Made by a program: the position numbers and the translations under genes
Assembly: GCA_045564035.1 (NCBI GenBank)
Contig: JBJLIA010000034.1
Coordinates: forward strand, 1-59,641
DNA: 59,641 bases
Direction of reading: 5' to 3'
Source: Gammaproteobacteria bacterium
Lineage (GTDB): Bacteria; Pseudomonadota; Gammaproteobacteria; Magnimaribacterales; D2472
In this document: piece after piece, positions 28,429 through 40,486 of the stretch
How the letters are laid out: every line of letters starts with the position of its first letter
How positions within the stretch are numbered: the first letter of the stretch is position 1
The notes under the pieces: generated by a model
What the model was told of the DNA's origin: nothing
Database searches by the model: none
The model's input: only the letters and a program-made list of their open reading frames with translations

Positions 28429-29760
28429 TTAGCCGAGTAAATTATTTATTTCAATAAGATTTTCAGGACTTAGTGTACCTGCGGCCAAATGAAGACGAAG
28501 CGTCGTAATCAAATAGTCATATTTTGCATTAGAGAGATTTCTTTCCGCACTATAAAGATTTTTTTCGGCTTGCAATAGATCGACAATATTTCTCGTGCCT
28601 ACTTCATATCCAACCTTTGTTGCTTCGAGTGCACTCGATGCAGAAACAACAGCTTGCTTCTGAGCGCGAAGATTTGCAACCAATGTCACTACATTTGAAT
28701 ACTGGCTTCTTACATCTTGAATAACACTTCTCTCAGCAAATAATGCATCTTCTGATGATTTATTAGATTCTGCATAGGCTTGCTTAGTTCTTGAAATTAC
28801 AGCACCTCCCTGAAATATCGGCATAGATAGCTGAAGGCTATAGGTATCCCGCTTTGTTTCATCTGGAACGGTAATATTAAAGGCGCCCCCAGTATTTAAT
28901 CCATCATAAGCGTATTGATTAGTTTCTGATTCAGTTTGTGCCCCGACAATATCAACCTTTGGTAAATGATTTGAAGCAACACTCCTTGCATTATTTTTTG
29001 ATGCAAGCTTTCTAAGGTTTGCAGCCTGCAATCTAAAATTATTTTCAACAGCTTTCCTTGCCCATTCTTCTTTAGAAGCAGGAATAGGATTTGATACATT
29101 TAAATCGTTTACAAGCCCATCAAGCGAAATAATTTCTCTGCCAACTAATGCATTCAAAGATTCTTTTGCGGTATAGACCTCTCCTTCAATTCTTGTTCTT
29201 GAAGCAATACTTAGATCAAAAGCTAATTGGGCTTCTTGCACTTCGGTAACAGCAGAAAGACCAACTTCATATCTTTGACGAATTTGATCGAGTTGTTTCT
29301 TAATTGCTTTTTCCTCTGATCGAGCTGCACTTAAGTTATCAATAGCTCGTAAAACATTAAAATAAAGCTCAGCAGTTCTTACGATTAAACCTTGTTGAGA
29401 ATATGCAAAATCAGCCTCTGCTGCATCTGTTAGAAATTTAGATTGTCTATATTTAAACCAAGTATCTAATCGAAGTAAGGGCTGAGTAAGACGCGCTGAA
29501 GTGCTGAAATTATTGTACTGATTTTGGAGATTTCCATTTTGATAATATTCATTCCAATTTGTTTGAGCGCTAATTGTTACGCTTGGAAGAAGGGCTGCTC
29601 GTCCTTGAACTTTAATTTCTTTGCCTGATAAATATGAAAATTCTGCTGATCTATATTGCGGGTCATTTTCCAATGCATCATTGTAAATATCTAGCAAGCT
29701 ATCTCCTGCAGAATTAATACTAAGGGCAAGCAGCGATATAACTAGAATGTTTTTATTCAT
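28429..29760 (-). CDS. tolC: TolC-family outer-membrane channel
   Basis: Signal peptide, LLDIYNDALENDP, RAALLP and GYEVGTRNIVDLLQAE; divergent from parE. Confidence 0.92.
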   Translation of the reverse strand: MNKNILVISLLALSINSAGDSLLDIYNDALENDPQYRSAEFSYLSGKEIKVQGRAALLPSVTISAQTNWNEYYQNGNLQNQYNNFSTSARLTQPLLRLDTWFKYRQSKFLTDAAEADFAYSQQGLIVRTAELYFNVLRAIDNLSAARSEEKAIKKQLDQIRQRYEVGLSAVTEVQEAQLAFDLSIASRTRIEGEVYTAKESLNALVGREIISLDGLVNDLNVSNPIPASKEEWARKAVENNFRLQAANLRKLASKNNARSVASNHLPKVDIVGAQTESETNQYAYDGLNTGGAFNITVPDETKRDTYSLQLSMPIFQGGAVISRTKQAYAESNKSSEDALFAERSVIQDVRSQYSNVVTLVANLRAQKQAVVSASSALEATKVGYEVGTRNIVDLLQAEKNLYSAERNLSNAKYDYLITTLRLHLAAGTLSPENLIEINNLLG

Positions 29761-29773
29761 ATTTAGATTTTTA

Positions 29774-29820
29774 ATGTTTACAGTGCATACATTAGAACTC
29801 TTTTAGGGTCAGTATGTCAA
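29774..29820 (-). promoter_or_regulatory. tolC promoter with second copy of the palindromic operator
   Basis: Minus-strand TTGACA (29815-29820), 18 nt, TCTAAT (29791-29796), overlapping ATGTTTACAGTGCATACAT (29774-29792), which matches the 8711 palindrome at 17/19. Confidence 0.62.
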
Positions 29821-29962
29821 GTTCACTTTACACTTAAATATTATCCTCTTATTTTAGTCTATTGTGAAAAAATCTCCTAAAATCTCTCAAATTAATAGCT
29901 TTCTTTCAATTTAGTTAGAGTAGAATACTAATTAAAAGTTTATTAGCATCAGGAAATATTAA

Positions 29963-31852
29963 TTGGCTAAAAATTATGATTCAGAGTCGATAGAAGTTCT
30001 ATCAGGCTTAGATCCGGTCCGCAAAAGACCTGGCATGTATACAGATACCTCTTGCCCAAACCATCTTATTCAAGAAGTTCTAGATAACTCAATTGATGAG
30101 GCTTTAGCTGGTCACTGCTCTAAGATCAAAGTAACTCTTCATAAAGGCGGAACTGTTTCTGTTATTGATGATGGTCGCGGTATGCCAGTGGATATTCACC
30201 CTGAGCATCAGGTATCTGGTGTTGAACTTATCATGTGTAAGCTACATGCTGGAGCAAAATTTTCTGGTGAAGATTATAATTTCTCAGGCGGTTTACATGG
30301 CGTAGGCGTTTCTGTGGTTAACGCACTATCAAAAAAACTTTCTGTAGAAATCAAGCGTGACAGCCATAGGTTTGAAATGAACTTTGAAGGGGGCGAAAAA
30401 ACCTCAGATCTCAAGAAGATAGGAGATATAGGTCCTCGAAATACAGGAACTTCAATTAATTTTGTACCCGATCCTCAGTACTTTGAAACAATAAAGATTG
30501 ATAAAAGTAATTTGAAACATCTGCTCAAAGCTAAAGCAGTCTTATGTCCAGGCTTAACCATTGAATATCATGATGAGGGAAAGAATGAGAAGGTTTCGTG
30601 GAATTATGAAAATGGACTAATTTCATATTTATCTGAATCTTCTGATGACATTGAATTACTGCTGGAGGAATCAATTTCTTGTAGCAAACTGGGAAATGAT
30701 AATGCACTTGATTTTGTTTTAAATTGGTCCACTAAACCAGCAAAAAACCTCATGAACGAATCTTATGTGAATCTCATTCCAACTGCTCAAGGTGGATCGC
30801 ATATGAATGGCTTTAAAGCAGGTTTATTAGAGTCAGTTAAAGAGTTTTGTGAGTTCAGAAATCTCATTCCAAAAGGTTTAAAGATAACAGCTGATGATGT
30901 TGTTCAGCACAGTACTTTTATTATTTCCTCAAAACTATCTAATCCTCAGTTTGCTGGACAAACTAAAGAGAGATTAGATTCAAAAGATCATCAAGCATTT
31001 GTTAATACAACTACAAAAGATATTCTGAGTATCTGGTTTAATCAACATACTGAAGAAGGTGAAAAACTTGCAGAATTAGCCATTGCCTCTGCACAAGCAA
31101 GAACGAAAGAAACTAAAGTTGTCGATCGAAAAAAAACTTTTCAAGGGCCTGCACTTCCAGGCAAATTATCTGATTGCAATAGTACCGATTTAGCAGAAAC
31201 AGAATTATTTTTTGTTGAGGGAGATTCTGCTGGAGGCTCTGCAAAGCAATCAAGGGAAAGAAAATTTCAAGCAATCATGCCCCTGCGAGGTAAGATTTTA
31301 AATACTTGGGATCTTGAAAGTGCAGAGATTATAAAATCGGTAGAAATTAAGGATATTGCTACTGCAATTGGAGTGAATCCTGGAAGTGCAGATATAGATT
31401 CATTACGATATGGAAAAATATGTATCTTAGCTGACGCTGATTCTGATGGATTGCATATTGCTACATTACTTTGCGCTCTTTTTCTTCGACACTACAAACC
31501 ATTAATCCTTGCAGGGCACATTTATGTAGCGATGCCTCCACTCTTTAGAATAGATTGTGCGAAAGAGGTTTTTTACGCACTAGATGAGAATGAAAAGGAA
31601 TTAATAGTTCAAAAGTTAAAAACAAAGGCTGGAAAACCAAAAATTGATATTCAAAGATTTAAAGGACTAGGTGAGATGAATCCTTCCCAGTTACGCGAAA
31701 CTGTCATGGATCCAAAAACTAGAAGACTAGTGCAACTAACAATCACTGCTTCAGATAATGTTAATAATATGATGGATTTACTGCTTTCGAAAAAGAATGC
31801 TGGTGCAAGAAAAGAGTGGCTTGAAAAACGAGGCAAAATAGTTAGAGTTTAA
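29963..31852 (+). CDS. parE: DNA topoisomerase IV subunit B
   Basis: [37 protein letters not shown] and [12 protein letters not shown] start. Confidence 0.96.
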   Translation: MAKNYDSESIEVLSGLDPVRKRPGMYTDTSCPNHLIQEVLDNSIDEALAGHCSKIKVTLHKGGTVSVIDDGRGMPVDIHPEHQVSGVELIMCKLHAGAKFSGEDYNFSGGLHGVGVSVVNALSKKLSVEIKRDSHRFEMNFEGGEKTSDLKKIGDIGPRNTGTSINFVPDPQYFETIKIDKSNLKHLLKAKAVLCPGLTIEYHDEGKNEKVSWNYENGLISYLSESSDDIELLLEESISCSKLGNDNALDFVLNWSTKPAKNLMNESYVNLIPTAQGGSHMNGFKAGLLESVKEFCEFRNLIPKGLKITADDVVQHSTFIISSKLSNPQFAGQTKERLDSKDHQAFVNTTTKDILSIWFNQHTEEGEKLAELAIASAQARTKETKVVDRKKTFQGPALPGKLSDCNSTDLAETELFFVEGDSAGGSAKQSRERKFQAIMPLRGKILNTWDLESAEIIKSVEIKDIATAIGVNPGSADIDSLRYGKICILADADSDGLHIATLLCALFLRHYKPLILAGHIYVAMPPLFRIDCAKEVFYALDENEKELIVQKLKTKAGKPKIDIQRFKGLGEMNPSQLRETVMDPKTRRLVQLTITASDNVNNMMDLLLSKKNAGARKEWLEKRGKIVRV

Positions 31853-31854
31853 TT

Positions 31855-34143
31855 ATGAATATGGATAAAAATTTAACTTCCATCAGTCTGAAGGAATATG
31901 CTGAGGAATCATATTTAAATTACTCAATGTATGTAATTTTAGATCGAGCATTGCCTCATATAGGCGATGGAATGAAGCCAGTTCAGAGACGAATCCTTTA
32001 TGCAATGAGCGAACTGGGTTTGAATGCAGGTTCAAAATACAAGAAATCGGCAAGGACTGTTGGTGACGTGATTGGTAAATTCCATCCTCATGGTGATAGT
32101 GCTGCATATGAAGCAATGGTGCTAATGGCACAGAATTTTTCCTTTCGGTATCCACTTGTAGATGGGCAAGGTAATTGGGGAACACAAGATGATCCTAAAT
32201 CTTTTGCAGCTATGCGCTACACCGAATCAAAACTCACAGGATTCGCTGATTTACTTCTTGCTGAGTTAAAGCTTGGAACAGTTGATTGGCAGCCTAATTT
32301 TGATGGCTCTTTGCTTGAGCCAACAATCCTACCTGCAAAAATACCTAGCATTCTCCTTAATGGAACAACTGGTATAGCTGTTGGCATGGCAACAGATATC
32401 CCATCTCATAATATAAAAGAGGTATTAGATGCTTGTATGCATGTTTTAGAAAACCCCAAAGCAAGCACAAAGGAATTACTAAAATTTATTAAAGGACCAG
32501 ACTTTAGTAATCATGCTCCAATTATTGCTTCATCTGAAGAGTTACAGGAGATGTATGAAACTGGTAGGGGAGGTTTTAAAATAAGAGCACATTGGGATGT
32601 AGAGGGCAATGATATTATTGTAAGAGCCTTGCCTCATCAGGCCTCTGGATCAAAAATACTTGAACAAATTGCAGATCAAATGCAAAAGAAAAAACTTCCA
32701 ATGGTTATTGATTTAAGAGATGAGGGTGACCATAAAGAGCCAGTTAGGTTAGTAATATCTCTGAAGTCTAATCGAATTGATGCCACTGAAGTGATGAATC
32801 ATCTCTATGCAACCAGTGATTTGCAAAAGAATTATCGCGCAAACATGAATTTGATTAGTCTTAAAGGCTCTCCAAGAGTATTTGCTCTCAAAGATTTAAT
32901 TTCTGAGTGGTTAAAGTTTAGACAGCAAACTGTCATGCGAAAACTTGAGCATAGATTAGATCAAGTTGACGATAGGATACACATACTAGAGGGCTTATTA
33001 ATTGTTTATCTTGATTTAGATAAAGTGATTCATATTATCCGTAATAGTGATGACCCCAAAAAAGAGTTGATGAAAGCATTTAAAATTTCTGAGATTCAAA
33101 CAAATGCCATTTTAGAAATTCGTCTAAGACAATTAGCGAAAATGGAGCAAATCAAGCTTGAAGAAGAAAAGGGTTTGCTCGAAATAGAAAGAGCTGAGCT
33201 AGAAAAAATAATAAAATCAAAAACTAGACTGAAGACTTATATCAAAAATGAGCTCAAGGAGATAAAAGAAAAATTTGGTGATGATCGAAATTCTCCTATT
33301 GAGTCCTCCTCAGCTGCTAAGGCATTTTCTGAGGAAGAAATGGTTACATCAGAGGCTGTAACTGTGATTTTATCTAAAGCCGGTTGGATTAGATCTGCCA
33401 AAGGCCATGATATTGATCCGACCAGCCTCACGTATCGGGGAGATGATAAGTTACAACATTTTGCAAAAGGAAGGAATAATCAGACTTCAGTTTTTTTTGA
33501 TTCTGGAGGAAAAGCATTTTCACTTTCCGCTCACTCTCTTCCATCTGCTAGAGGAATGGGAGAGCCATTGACTGGAAGAGTTGTTTCTGAATCTGGTGTA
33601 ACATTCGAAGGTGTTGCAGTTGGATCAGAGGAATCTGAAATTCTAATTTCTAATACTGCAGGATTTGGTTTTATAGGCAATTTATCTAATGCAATTTCTA
33701 ACCAGAAAAAAGGTAAACAATTCATGAAAGTTCCTGAAGGCGCAAATGTTATCTCTCCAATTACCATTAATGAAACTCATAAATTTGTTGCAGCAACATT
33801 TTCGTCTCAGGATAACAAAGGCAAAGTTAGCAATAAAATGTTAATTTTTCCAATAGAGGAATTACCTGTACTTCCAAAAGGGAAGGGTAATAAATTGATT
33901 AGTATTTCAACCAAAGCCTTTAAAGAAAAAGCTGAATATATGATGGATGTATGCTGTTTGGCTGAAGACAGTAAATTGCATATTCATCATGAAGGCAAAA
34001 CGGGCGGGAAAACTTGGACTCTAAAAGAACTAGAGGAGTATATCTCGTCAAGAGCGAAAAGAGGAAGAGTGCTCCCTACTGGATACAATGGAATGATAAA
34101 GCTTGAAGAAATAGAAAGATCTACTGAACCTGCTCCTGAATAG
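31855..34143 (+). CDS. parC: DNA topoisomerase IV subunit A
   Basis: [27 protein letters not shown] and FAAMRYTE with the catalytic Tyr. Confidence 0.96.
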   Translation: MNMDKNLTSISLKEYAEESYLNYSMYVILDRALPHIGDGMKPVQRRILYAMSELGLNAGSKYKKSARTVGDVIGKFHPHGDSAAYEAMVLMAQNFSFRYPLVDGQGNWGTQDDPKSFAAMRYTESKLTGFADLLLAELKLGTVDWQPNFDGSLLEPTILPAKIPSILLNGTTGIAVGMATDIPSHNIKEVLDACMHVLENPKASTKELLKFIKGPDFSNHAPIIASSEELQEMYETGRGGFKIRAHWDVEGNDIIVRALPHQASGSKILEQIADQMQKKKLPMVIDLRDEGDHKEPVRLVISLKSNRIDATEVMNHLYATSDLQKNYRANMNLISLKGSPRVFALKDLISEWLKFRQQTVMRKLEHRLDQVDDRIHILEGLLIVYLDLDKVIHIIRNSDDPKKELMKAFKISEIQTNAILEIRLRQLAKMEQIKLEEEKGLLEIERAELEKIIKSKTRLKTYIKNELKEIKEKFGDDRNSPIESSSAAKAFSEEEMVTSEAVTVILSKAGWIRSAKGHDIDPTSLTYRGDDKLQHFAKGRNNQTSVFFDSGGKAFSLSAHSLPSARGMGEPLTGRVVSESGVTFEGVAVGSEESEILISNTAGFGFIGNLSNAISNQKKGKQFMKVPEGANVISPITINETHKFVAATFSSQDNKGKVSNKMLIFPIEELPVLPKGKGNKLISISTKAFKEKAEYMMDVCCLAEDSKLHIHHEGKTGGKTWTLKELEEYISSRAKRGRVLPTGYNGMIKLEEIERSTEPAPE

Positions 34144-35320
34144 TCTGTTTTAAGATTTTTAAGCCCTTCATAATTACTTCATCTTCAATAATCAAGCTAG
34201 GCGCTATGCGAATAGTATTATTGTTCGCTTTTAAAATCATCAGACCTTTTGCATAGCAACCTTTCATAACAGTATCTAGATTAAATTTTTCAGTAGCATT
34301 TAACTTGCAACCAATCCAAAGACCTGAGCTTCTGATTGCACTAAAGCATTTAAACTCTTTATTAATGTTCTTTAATTCAGTTAAAAATATTTTTTCTTTT
34401 TTCTTTACCCCATTAAGTAATGATTTCTTAGTCAGCATGATCATGACTTGCTCAGCTACAGCACAGGCAAGTGGATTTCCACCAAATGTAGATCCATGCG
34501 AGCCTAGTTGCATGCATTCAGAAATTTTTGTAGATGTCAGAATAGCTCCGATGGGTATTCCGCCACCAATACCTTTAGCACAACACATAATATCTGGCTT
34601 GATACCAAATTGCTCATAGGCAAACAAGGTTCCAGTTCTTCCAGCTCCTGATTGAACTTCATCAACAATAATGAGGACCTTATTTTGCTTACATAACCTT
34701 TTTATCTTTTGAACAAAGTCCTTTTTTGCTTTTATAATCCCAGCTTCTCCTTGAACAAGCTCGATAATTACAGCTGCAGTATTTTTTGTAATAACTTTTT
34801 CTAAGTCTTTTATTTCATTGTATGGATGATGTTTGATTCCCTTAGGCATAGGTCCGAATCCTTCAACAAATCTATCAGATCCATTTAAAGCTATTGTCAT
34901 CATAGTTCGACCATGAAATGCATCAGAGAATGAAACTATTTCATTCTTTTTTTTGTTTATATTAGTGTATGCATATTTTCTTGCAGTCTTTATTGCACCT
35001 TCAACAGCTTCGGCTCCTGAGTTAGAAAAAAATACTTTTTCAGCAAAAGTATGTTTGCAAAAAATTTTTGCTAATCTGAGAGCTGGCTCATTAGTTAGCA
35101 AATTTGATAAGTGCCAAATTTTTTTAGATTGATCTACCAGAGCTTTGTTAAGGATTGGATGACAATGCCCCAAGCTAGAAACTGCAATTCCAGATGCAAA
35201 ATCTATATACTTTTTATTTTTTTTGTCCCAAACCCAAGATCCCCTTGCTTTAGAGGGAACAAACTCTGCCGGTTTGTATGTCGGCATCATATATCGGTTA
35301 AAATCTGTTCTAGTGACCAT
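34121..35320 (-). CDS. argD: Acetylornithine/succinylornithine aminotransferase
   Basis: [40 protein letters not shown] and HGSTFGGNP. Confidence 0.9.
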   Translation of the reverse strand: MVTRTDFNRYMMPTYKPAEFVPSKARGSWVWDKKNKKYIDFASGIAVSSLGHCHPILNKALVDQSKKIWHLSNLLTNEPALRLAKIFCKHTFAEKVFFSNSGAEAVEGAIKTARKYAYTNINKKKNEIVSFSDAFHGRTMMTIALNGSDRFVEGFGPMPKGIKHHPYNEIKDLEKVITKNTAAVIIELVQGEAGIIKAKKDFVQKIKRLCKQNKVLIIVDEVQSGAGRTGTLFAYEQFGIKPDIMCCAKGIGGGIPIGAILTSTKISECMQLGSHGSTFGGNPLACAVAEQVMIMLTKKSLLNGVKKKEKIFLTELKNINKEFKCFSAIRSSGLWIGCKLNATEKFNLDTVMKGCYAKGLMILKANNNTIRIAPSLIIEDEVIMKGLKILKQTIQEQVQ

Positions 35321-35335
35321 AAAGACAATTGTAAT
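35321..35335. promoter_or_regulatory. Putative bidirectional leaderless promoter (argD / DUF2244)
   Basis: 15-nt spacer containing palindrome ACAATTGT. GACAAT lies 6 nt before the + ATG and TACAAT 7 nt before the - ATG. Confidence 0.55.
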
Positions 35336-35827
35336 ATGATTAGGATTGAAGAAACTACAGAAAATAATTTTTTAATAGAAATTTCTCCTAATTATTCGCT
35401 AAGAGGATGGAGTCGAGTAATTTTTTTGGGTAGCTTGGCTTTTATCTGTTTAGGTATTGGAGTTTTTTTTCTTATTATGGGCGCTGGATTAATTTTGCCA
35501 TTTGCAGGTTTAGAGGTGATTATTGTTTTCATTTGTTTTGGGTTGAGTTTTCGGTGGAGTCAGCAAAAAGAAATTATTTATATTTCAAATGATAAAATTA
35601 AATTAGAGCAAGGAAGGTTAATAAAGGAAAAGAGCTGGGAAGAGTTTAGAAGTTTTGTTGTCCTTGAGGTGGAAACTGATCAGTACAACTCAAATCAATT
35701 TTGCTTTCAATCTAAAGGTAAAAGGTTTTATTTTGGATCGTTTTTGAATGATGAAGATAAGCTTATTCTTAAAAATGAATTAAAAAGAATTATTGGTCAC
35801 CTAAATGCATTATCTCCAGGCCTTTAA
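35336..35827 (+). CDS. DUF2244-family membrane protein
   Basis: ISPNYSL, GAGLILPFAGLEV and FGSFLNDEDK; start set at ATG 35336 because the track's 35111 overlaps argD. Confidence 0.82.
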   Translation: MIRIEETTENNFLIEISPNYSLRGWSRVIFLGSLAFICLGIGVFFLIMGAGLILPFAGLEVIIVFICFGLSFRWSQQKEIIYISNDKIKLEQGRLIKEKSWEEFRSFVVLEVETDQYNSNQFCFQSKGKRFYFGSFLNDEDKLILKNELKRIIGHLNALSPGL

Positions 35828-37051
35828 TTTTTTTGGGACCATTTGCATTTTGCCAGCTTGATAATTGATATTTTTGCTGTCTTCAATCTTACCTTCAATC
35901 AGAGGTTGAAAATAGCTTCGCGCTTTCTTTGTCATTCCCAATCCATCTTTTGAAATAAATGCAGCGGGCAGTTTTTTTTCAACATTTGCGATTTTTGTTA
36001 ATGGGGCAGAAACAACCTCCCACTTATAAGGTGTTGAGCTTCTACGCTTGATCACAGGCATGACTCCATTTAAGCCTTGTGTAGCATATAGGACTGCCTT
36101 TCTACCAACTTCGTATGCATGAGCTCTATCTACACCTGATGATAAGTGGCTTGCGCTTCTTTGAAGGTAGTCAGCGACAGCCCAATGATTTTTTAATTTC
36201 AATTTTTGATTAATTAGATCTGCTAACCTAGGAGCTACACCTCCAAGTTGGCTGTGGCCAAACGCATCTTTTGAGTCTGATTCAGCTAAGAATTTTCCTT
36301 GAGAATTTTTGATTCCTTCTGATGCAACAATCACACAAAAACCATTTTTTTTAACTGTCTCTTTGACCTTTGCCAAGAACTTCTTTTGATTAAAGCTTAT
36401 CTCAGGTAGCAAGATTATGTGAGGCGCCCCCGGGTGACTATCTTGAGCTAGGCAGCTTGAACCAGCTATCCAGCCTGCATGTCTCCCCATTACTTCAAGG
36501 ATAAAGACCTTTGTAGAAGTCTCATGCATTGATTCAACATCTAGAGCTGCTTCAATAGTTGAGGTGACTACATATTTAGCTACTGAGCCAAATCCTGGAC
36601 AGCAGTCTGTAACAGCAAGATCATTATCTACTGTCTTTGGAATAGCAACACACTGCAAAGGATAGCCTAGCTTTTTGCTTATCTGAGAAATTTTCAAAGC
36701 AGTATCTGCAGAATCATTTCCACCGTTATAAAAAAAATATCCAATGTTATGAGCCTTAAAAACTTCAATTAACCTTTCATATTCTTTTAAATTTTCATCT
36801 ATGCTTTTAAGTTTATATCGACATGAACCAAAGACTCCTCCTGGTCTATACTTTAAGCCTTCAATAAATTTTTTTGATTCTTTAGAGGTATCTATTAACT
36901 CTTCTCTTAAAGCTCCCAATATTCCATTTTTACCTGCATAAACTTTTCCAATCTTTACTGATTTCCTTGCTTCTAATATTACTGCGCTTGCAGAGGCATT
37001 TATTACAGATGTCACACCACCAGATTGAGCATAAAAAGCATTTTTTTTCAT
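35810..37051 (-). CDS. pfp: 6-phosphofructokinase, probably PPi-dependent
   Basis: YAQSGG, GGNDS (Asp), PKTVDND and EVMGRHAGW. Confidence 0.9.
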   Translation of the reverse strand: MKKNAFYAQSGGVTSVINASASAVILEARKSVKIGKVYAGKNGILGALREELIDTSKESKKFIEGLKYRPGGVFGSCRYKLKSIDENLKEYERLIEVFKAHNIGYFFYNGGNDSADTALKISQISKKLGYPLQCVAIPKTVDNDLAVTDCCPGFGSVAKYVVTSTIEAALDVESMHETSTKVFILEVMGRHAGWIAGSSCLAQDSHPGAPHIILLPEISFNQKKFLAKVKETVKKNGFCVIVASEGIKNSQGKFLAESDSKDAFGHSQLGGVAPRLADLINQKLKLKNHWAVADYLQRSASHLSSGVDRAHAYEVGRKAVLYATQGLNGVMPVIKRRSSTPYKWEVVSAPLTKIANVEKKLPAAFISKDGLGMTKKARSYFQPLIEGKIEDSKNINYQAGKMQMVPKKLKAWR

Positions 37052-37111
37052 TAGTTTAAAAATTAATTAATTTGGTCTATGGTATCAAATGTTACCGATA
37101 AATATTTAAAA

Positions 37112-38413
37112 ATGAAAATTCATATACTAGGCATTTGTGGCACCTTTATGGGAGGCCTCGCCCAAATACTTATTGAAAAAGGCCATACGGTTTCAGGAAG
37201 TGATAAACAGTTTTATCCTCCGATGTCCGATCAACTTAATTCTCTTGGCATAGAAATGATAGAAGGTTATGAAGAATTAAATTTACCATCTGCTGATCTT
37301 TATGTCATAGGTAACTCCCTAAGCAGAGGCAACTCATCTGTTGAATATATTTTAAATCAGAAGCTTGAGTATACATCTGGGCCTCAAATGCTAGGTGACA
37401 TGATCCGTGATCGAACTGTAATTGCTGTATCAGGAACACACGGAAAAACCTCAACATCATTTTTACTTTGCGAAATCTTTCAAGCTCAAGGTATTGATAT
37501 TGGATTTTTGGTTGGTGGCGTAAGTGATTCGTTTGAGAATTCTGCGCGCCTGGGATCCTCTCCATATTTTGTGATTGAAGCAGATGAATATGATTCAGCT
37601 TTTTTTGATAAGCGCTCAAAATTTGTTCATTATCATCCACATACTTTTATCGTAAATAATATTGAATTTGATCATGCGGATATATTTAATGATGTATCAG
37701 ATATCTTGAAGCAATTTCATCACGCTATCAGAACAGTGCCAGCAAATGGACATGTTCTTTTTCATGATGATGACAAAAATATTTTAGATTTAATCGAGTT
37801 GGGTTGCTGGTCTAATAAACATCAACTAGGAAGCCAAGAAACCATTCAGCTTTCAATTGACGAAGGCGCAATAAGTTTTCAAAATCAAAAATTTGCTATT
37901 AGGGATCTTCCCCTGCATGGAGAGCACAACTTACGTAATGCAGTCATGGCTATGTATGCAGCTTTTCTTCATGGCATTCATCCCAAGGAATCATTCTCAG
38001 CTCTGAAGCATTCAAAAGGAGTAAAAAGGAGATTTGAGACAGTGTTTCAAAATGAAGATAAGTTGGTCATTGATGATTTTGCCCATCATCCCACAGCAAT
38101 AGCACATACAGTTAAAGCAGCTATCAATCATTTTCCTTCTCAAAAGATATTAGGCATTATTGAACTTGCTTCTAACACTATGTCTCAAGGTCATCACGGA
38201 GCTGAGTTGTATGAGAGCTCTTCGGGCTTGGAAAAAGTCTTCTGGCTGAATTTATCCGGAAAAAGAAATCAGGAATTTGAGTATGATTCCATAAAGTTGC
38301 TATTAACAGATTTAAAAAAAGACATAGTTAATTTTGATGTTATTCTTATCATGAGCAATAAAGATAGTAAAAAAATATCGGAGCCAGTAATTGACCTCAT
38401 CAAAAGCAAATAA
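37112..38413 (+). CDS. mpl: Murein peptide ligase
   Basis: MKIHILGICGTFMG, SGTHGKT, EADEYDSAFFDKRSKF and DDFAHHPTA. Confidence 0.94.
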   Translation: MKIHILGICGTFMGGLAQILIEKGHTVSGSDKQFYPPMSDQLNSLGIEMIEGYEELNLPSADLYVIGNSLSRGNSSVEYILNQKLEYTSGPQMLGDMIRDRTVIAVSGTHGKTSTSFLLCEIFQAQGIDIGFLVGGVSDSFENSARLGSSPYFVIEADEYDSAFFDKRSKFVHYHPHTFIVNNIEFDHADIFNDVSDILKQFHHAIRTVPANGHVLFHDDDKNILDLIELGCWSNKHQLGSQETIQLSIDEGAISFQNQKFAIRDLPLHGEHNLRNAVMAMYAAFLHGIHPKESFSALKHSKGVKRRFETVFQNEDKLVIDDFAHHPTAIAHTVKAAINHFPSQKILGIIELASNTMSQGHHGAELYESSSGLEKVFWLNLSGKRNQEFEYDSIKLLLTDLKKDIVNFDVILIMSNKDSKKISEPVIDLIKSK

Positions 38414-38990
38414 ACTTCCAGTATTTCCATTGGGATTAGTCGTTTTGCCTGGCACCATACAAACACTACAGATTTTTGAGCCCAGATACCTCTCCATGGT
38501 TAAAAACTGTATGAGCAGCGATACCGGCTTTGTTATTACTCTTAGTAAAAGCAATCAATCTGGCGAGAGCTTTATGTCCCAGGGAACTTTTGTAGAAATT
38601 ATTGATTTCAATCAACTGCCTAATGGATTATTAGGCATTACGGTAAGAGGATCACAAAAAGTATCGATTAAATCTGTTGAGCAACTTGAGTCAAGGCTTT
38701 ATTACGCATCCATCTCTCCAATTGCAGAACCCGTTGTTGATGATCAAGCAGTGCTTGCTCAATTCCCGGAGTTAATAAATGTCCTTAGTCAGCTAAAAGA
38801 GCATCCGCAAGTAAAATCTCTACCTTTAGAAATTGATCTTTTATCTGCTGAATCTGTAAGTTATCAATTGGCAGGTTTAATTCCAATTACCCCTTCGCAG
38901 AAGCAGTCCTTGCTTGAAGCGTTTGATTCAAAACAGCGAATGAATCTTCTTGAAAAATTAGTCAATCAAATTTCAGAAAACTCAGCTTAA
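38391..38990 (+). CDS. Stand-alone Lon N-terminal (substrate-binding) domain protein
   Basis: LPVFPL..V.LPG, LQIFEPRYLSMV and IIDFNQLPNGLLGI. Confidence 0.87.
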   Translation: MTSSKANKLPVFPLGLVVLPGTIQTLQIFEPRYLSMVKNCMSSDTGFVITLSKSNQSGESFMSQGTFVEIIDFNQLPNGLLGITVRGSQKVSIKSVEQLESRLYYASISPIAEPVVDDQAVLAQFPELINVLSQLKEHPQVKSLPLEIDLLSAESVSYQLAGLIPITPSQKQSLLEAFDSKQRMNLLEKLVNQISENSA

Positions 38991-39997
38991 ATTTTTAGTA
39001 ACTGTTTACCCTTGTTTTCTCCGGTAAAAAGCCTATTAAGAGTTTGCGGGCAGTTTTCAATTCCCTCCTGAATATCTTCTCTATGTTGAAGTTTTCCCTC
39101 CATGACCCAAGTAGCTATTTCTTCTAAGGCTTGTTGGGAGCGAGGCAAATAATCTAGAACTAGAAATCCCTGCATTGTTGCTCGTTTAATAATTAAAGAA
39201 AATAAGTTATTTGGCCCATCTGGTGGTCTGGTTGCATCATATCCTGAAGAAATCCCACCACATAAAAGAACTCGAGCATTTATATTTATTAGATAAAGAA
39301 CAGTTTCAAGTATCTCTCCGCCGACATTATCGAAATATATATCAATTCCATCTTTTGCAATTTTAGGAAGCTCTTCATGAACATCTGAATTCTTATAGTC
39401 AATTACATCATCAACACCAGCTTCTTTGAGCCAATCGCATTTTTCCTTACCTCCAGCTATTCCTATGACATGACATCCCTTAAGTTTAGCTATTTGAACT
39501 ACTACCGAACCAGTAGCACCAGCGGCTCCAGATACTAAAACCGTTTCACCAGGCTGAGGATCACCAAGTTCTATTAATCCATAGTAGGCCGTGATGCCAG
39601 TTGTACCCATTACATTTAACATTGTGGGTATTGGCAGCAGATCAGGAATTACCCTAAATCTGTCATCAGCTTCAGGCTTAGTTACGCAATGAGATTGCCA
39701 ACCTACAAAACCAAAGGTTAAATCACCAACCTTATATTCAGGATTCCTGGATTCCAGCACACGACCCACGCCACCTGATCGAATAACTTCACCTATTTGG
39801 ACAGGAGGAAGATAGCCAGGGACATCATTCAACCATCCTCTTTGAGTAGGATCAAAAGAAAGATAGATATTTTCAAGGAGAATCTCACCTTCATCTATTT
39901 CTGGAAGAACTTCAGTAATTAATTCAAAATCTGAATCTTTTACCAGACCTTGTGGCCTGTTTTTCAAAACCCATTTTTTATTTGAAATTCCCATCAT
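38987..39997 (-). CDS. NADP-dependent alkenal/one reductase (CurA/PTGR family)
   Basis: RPQG, YLSFDP, TAYYGL, VSGAAGATGS, YFDNVGG and GENKGK. Confidence 0.9.
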   Translation of the reverse strand: MMGISNKKWVLKNRPQGLVKDSDFELITEVLPEIDEGEILLENIYLSFDPTQRGWLNDVPGYLPPVQIGEVIRSGGVGRVLESRNPEYKVGDLTFGFVGWQSHCVTKPEADDRFRVIPDLLPIPTMLNVMGTTGITAYYGLIELGDPQPGETVLVSGAAGATGSVVVQIAKLKGCHVIGIAGGKEKCDWLKEAGVDDVIDYKNSDVHEELPKIAKDGIDIYFDNVGGEILETVLYLININARVLLCGGISSGYDATRPPDGPNNLFSLIIKRATMQGFLVLDYLPRSQQALEEIATWVMEGKLQHREDIQEGIENCPQTLNRLFTGENKGKQLLKI

Positions 39998-40051
39998 CTC
40001 TCCTCTAGTTTAAATTTTTTATTAGATTATTAGTTTTATTTTACTTTATTA

Positions 40052-40486
40052 CTAGTTGGCATTTCTCTTAAGTGGAGGTTTATTTGCTTTAACTCTAATC
40101 CAATTTAAAGCTCTAAAAATAGAAGGTATTGCAACTAGTTTTTTTTCTAATTTATATTTACCTGGATAGTTTGCTAATAATAATCCCGTCACTATTGTTA
40201 GCAATCCTTGGCCAGGCAAAACTAACATTAATAGACCTCCAATAATCAGGGAGAATCCAATTATATTTTTTCCAAATATAACTGCCAATCTTAAAATCGG
40301 TTTTTGCTCTTGCCACTTAGAGGGTTTTCTCTTTGTTGATAGAAAATAATCTTCAGGTATTTGAGCAATAAACCAACTAATACCCAAAATACTGAGTATA
40401 AAAATAAGAATAGAAGATATTCCTAGGCCTATTAAAACTCCTGGATGATTTGAAAACCAAGAGATGAAAGCATTTACATAATTCAT
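40052..40486 (-). CDS. PGPGW-domain-like membrane protein
   Basis: IPEDYF, KNIIG, MLVLPGQGLLTI and YPGKYKLE. Confidence 0.75.
   Translation of the reverse strand: MNYVNAFISWFSNHPGVLIGLGISSILIFILSILGISWFIAQIPEDYFLSTKRKPSKWQEQKPILRLAVIFGKNIIGFSLIIGGLLMLVLPGQGLLTIVTGLLLANYPGKYKLEKKLVAIPSIFRALNWIRVKANKPPLKRNAN

Noticed and set aside
32080..32120. ParC quinolone-resistance region
   Set aside because: HGDSAAYE retains the wild-type Ser and Glu.
35111..35335. Long N-terminal extension of the DUF2244 ORF
   Set aside because: Overlaps argD antisense; family-like sequence begins only at ATG 35336.
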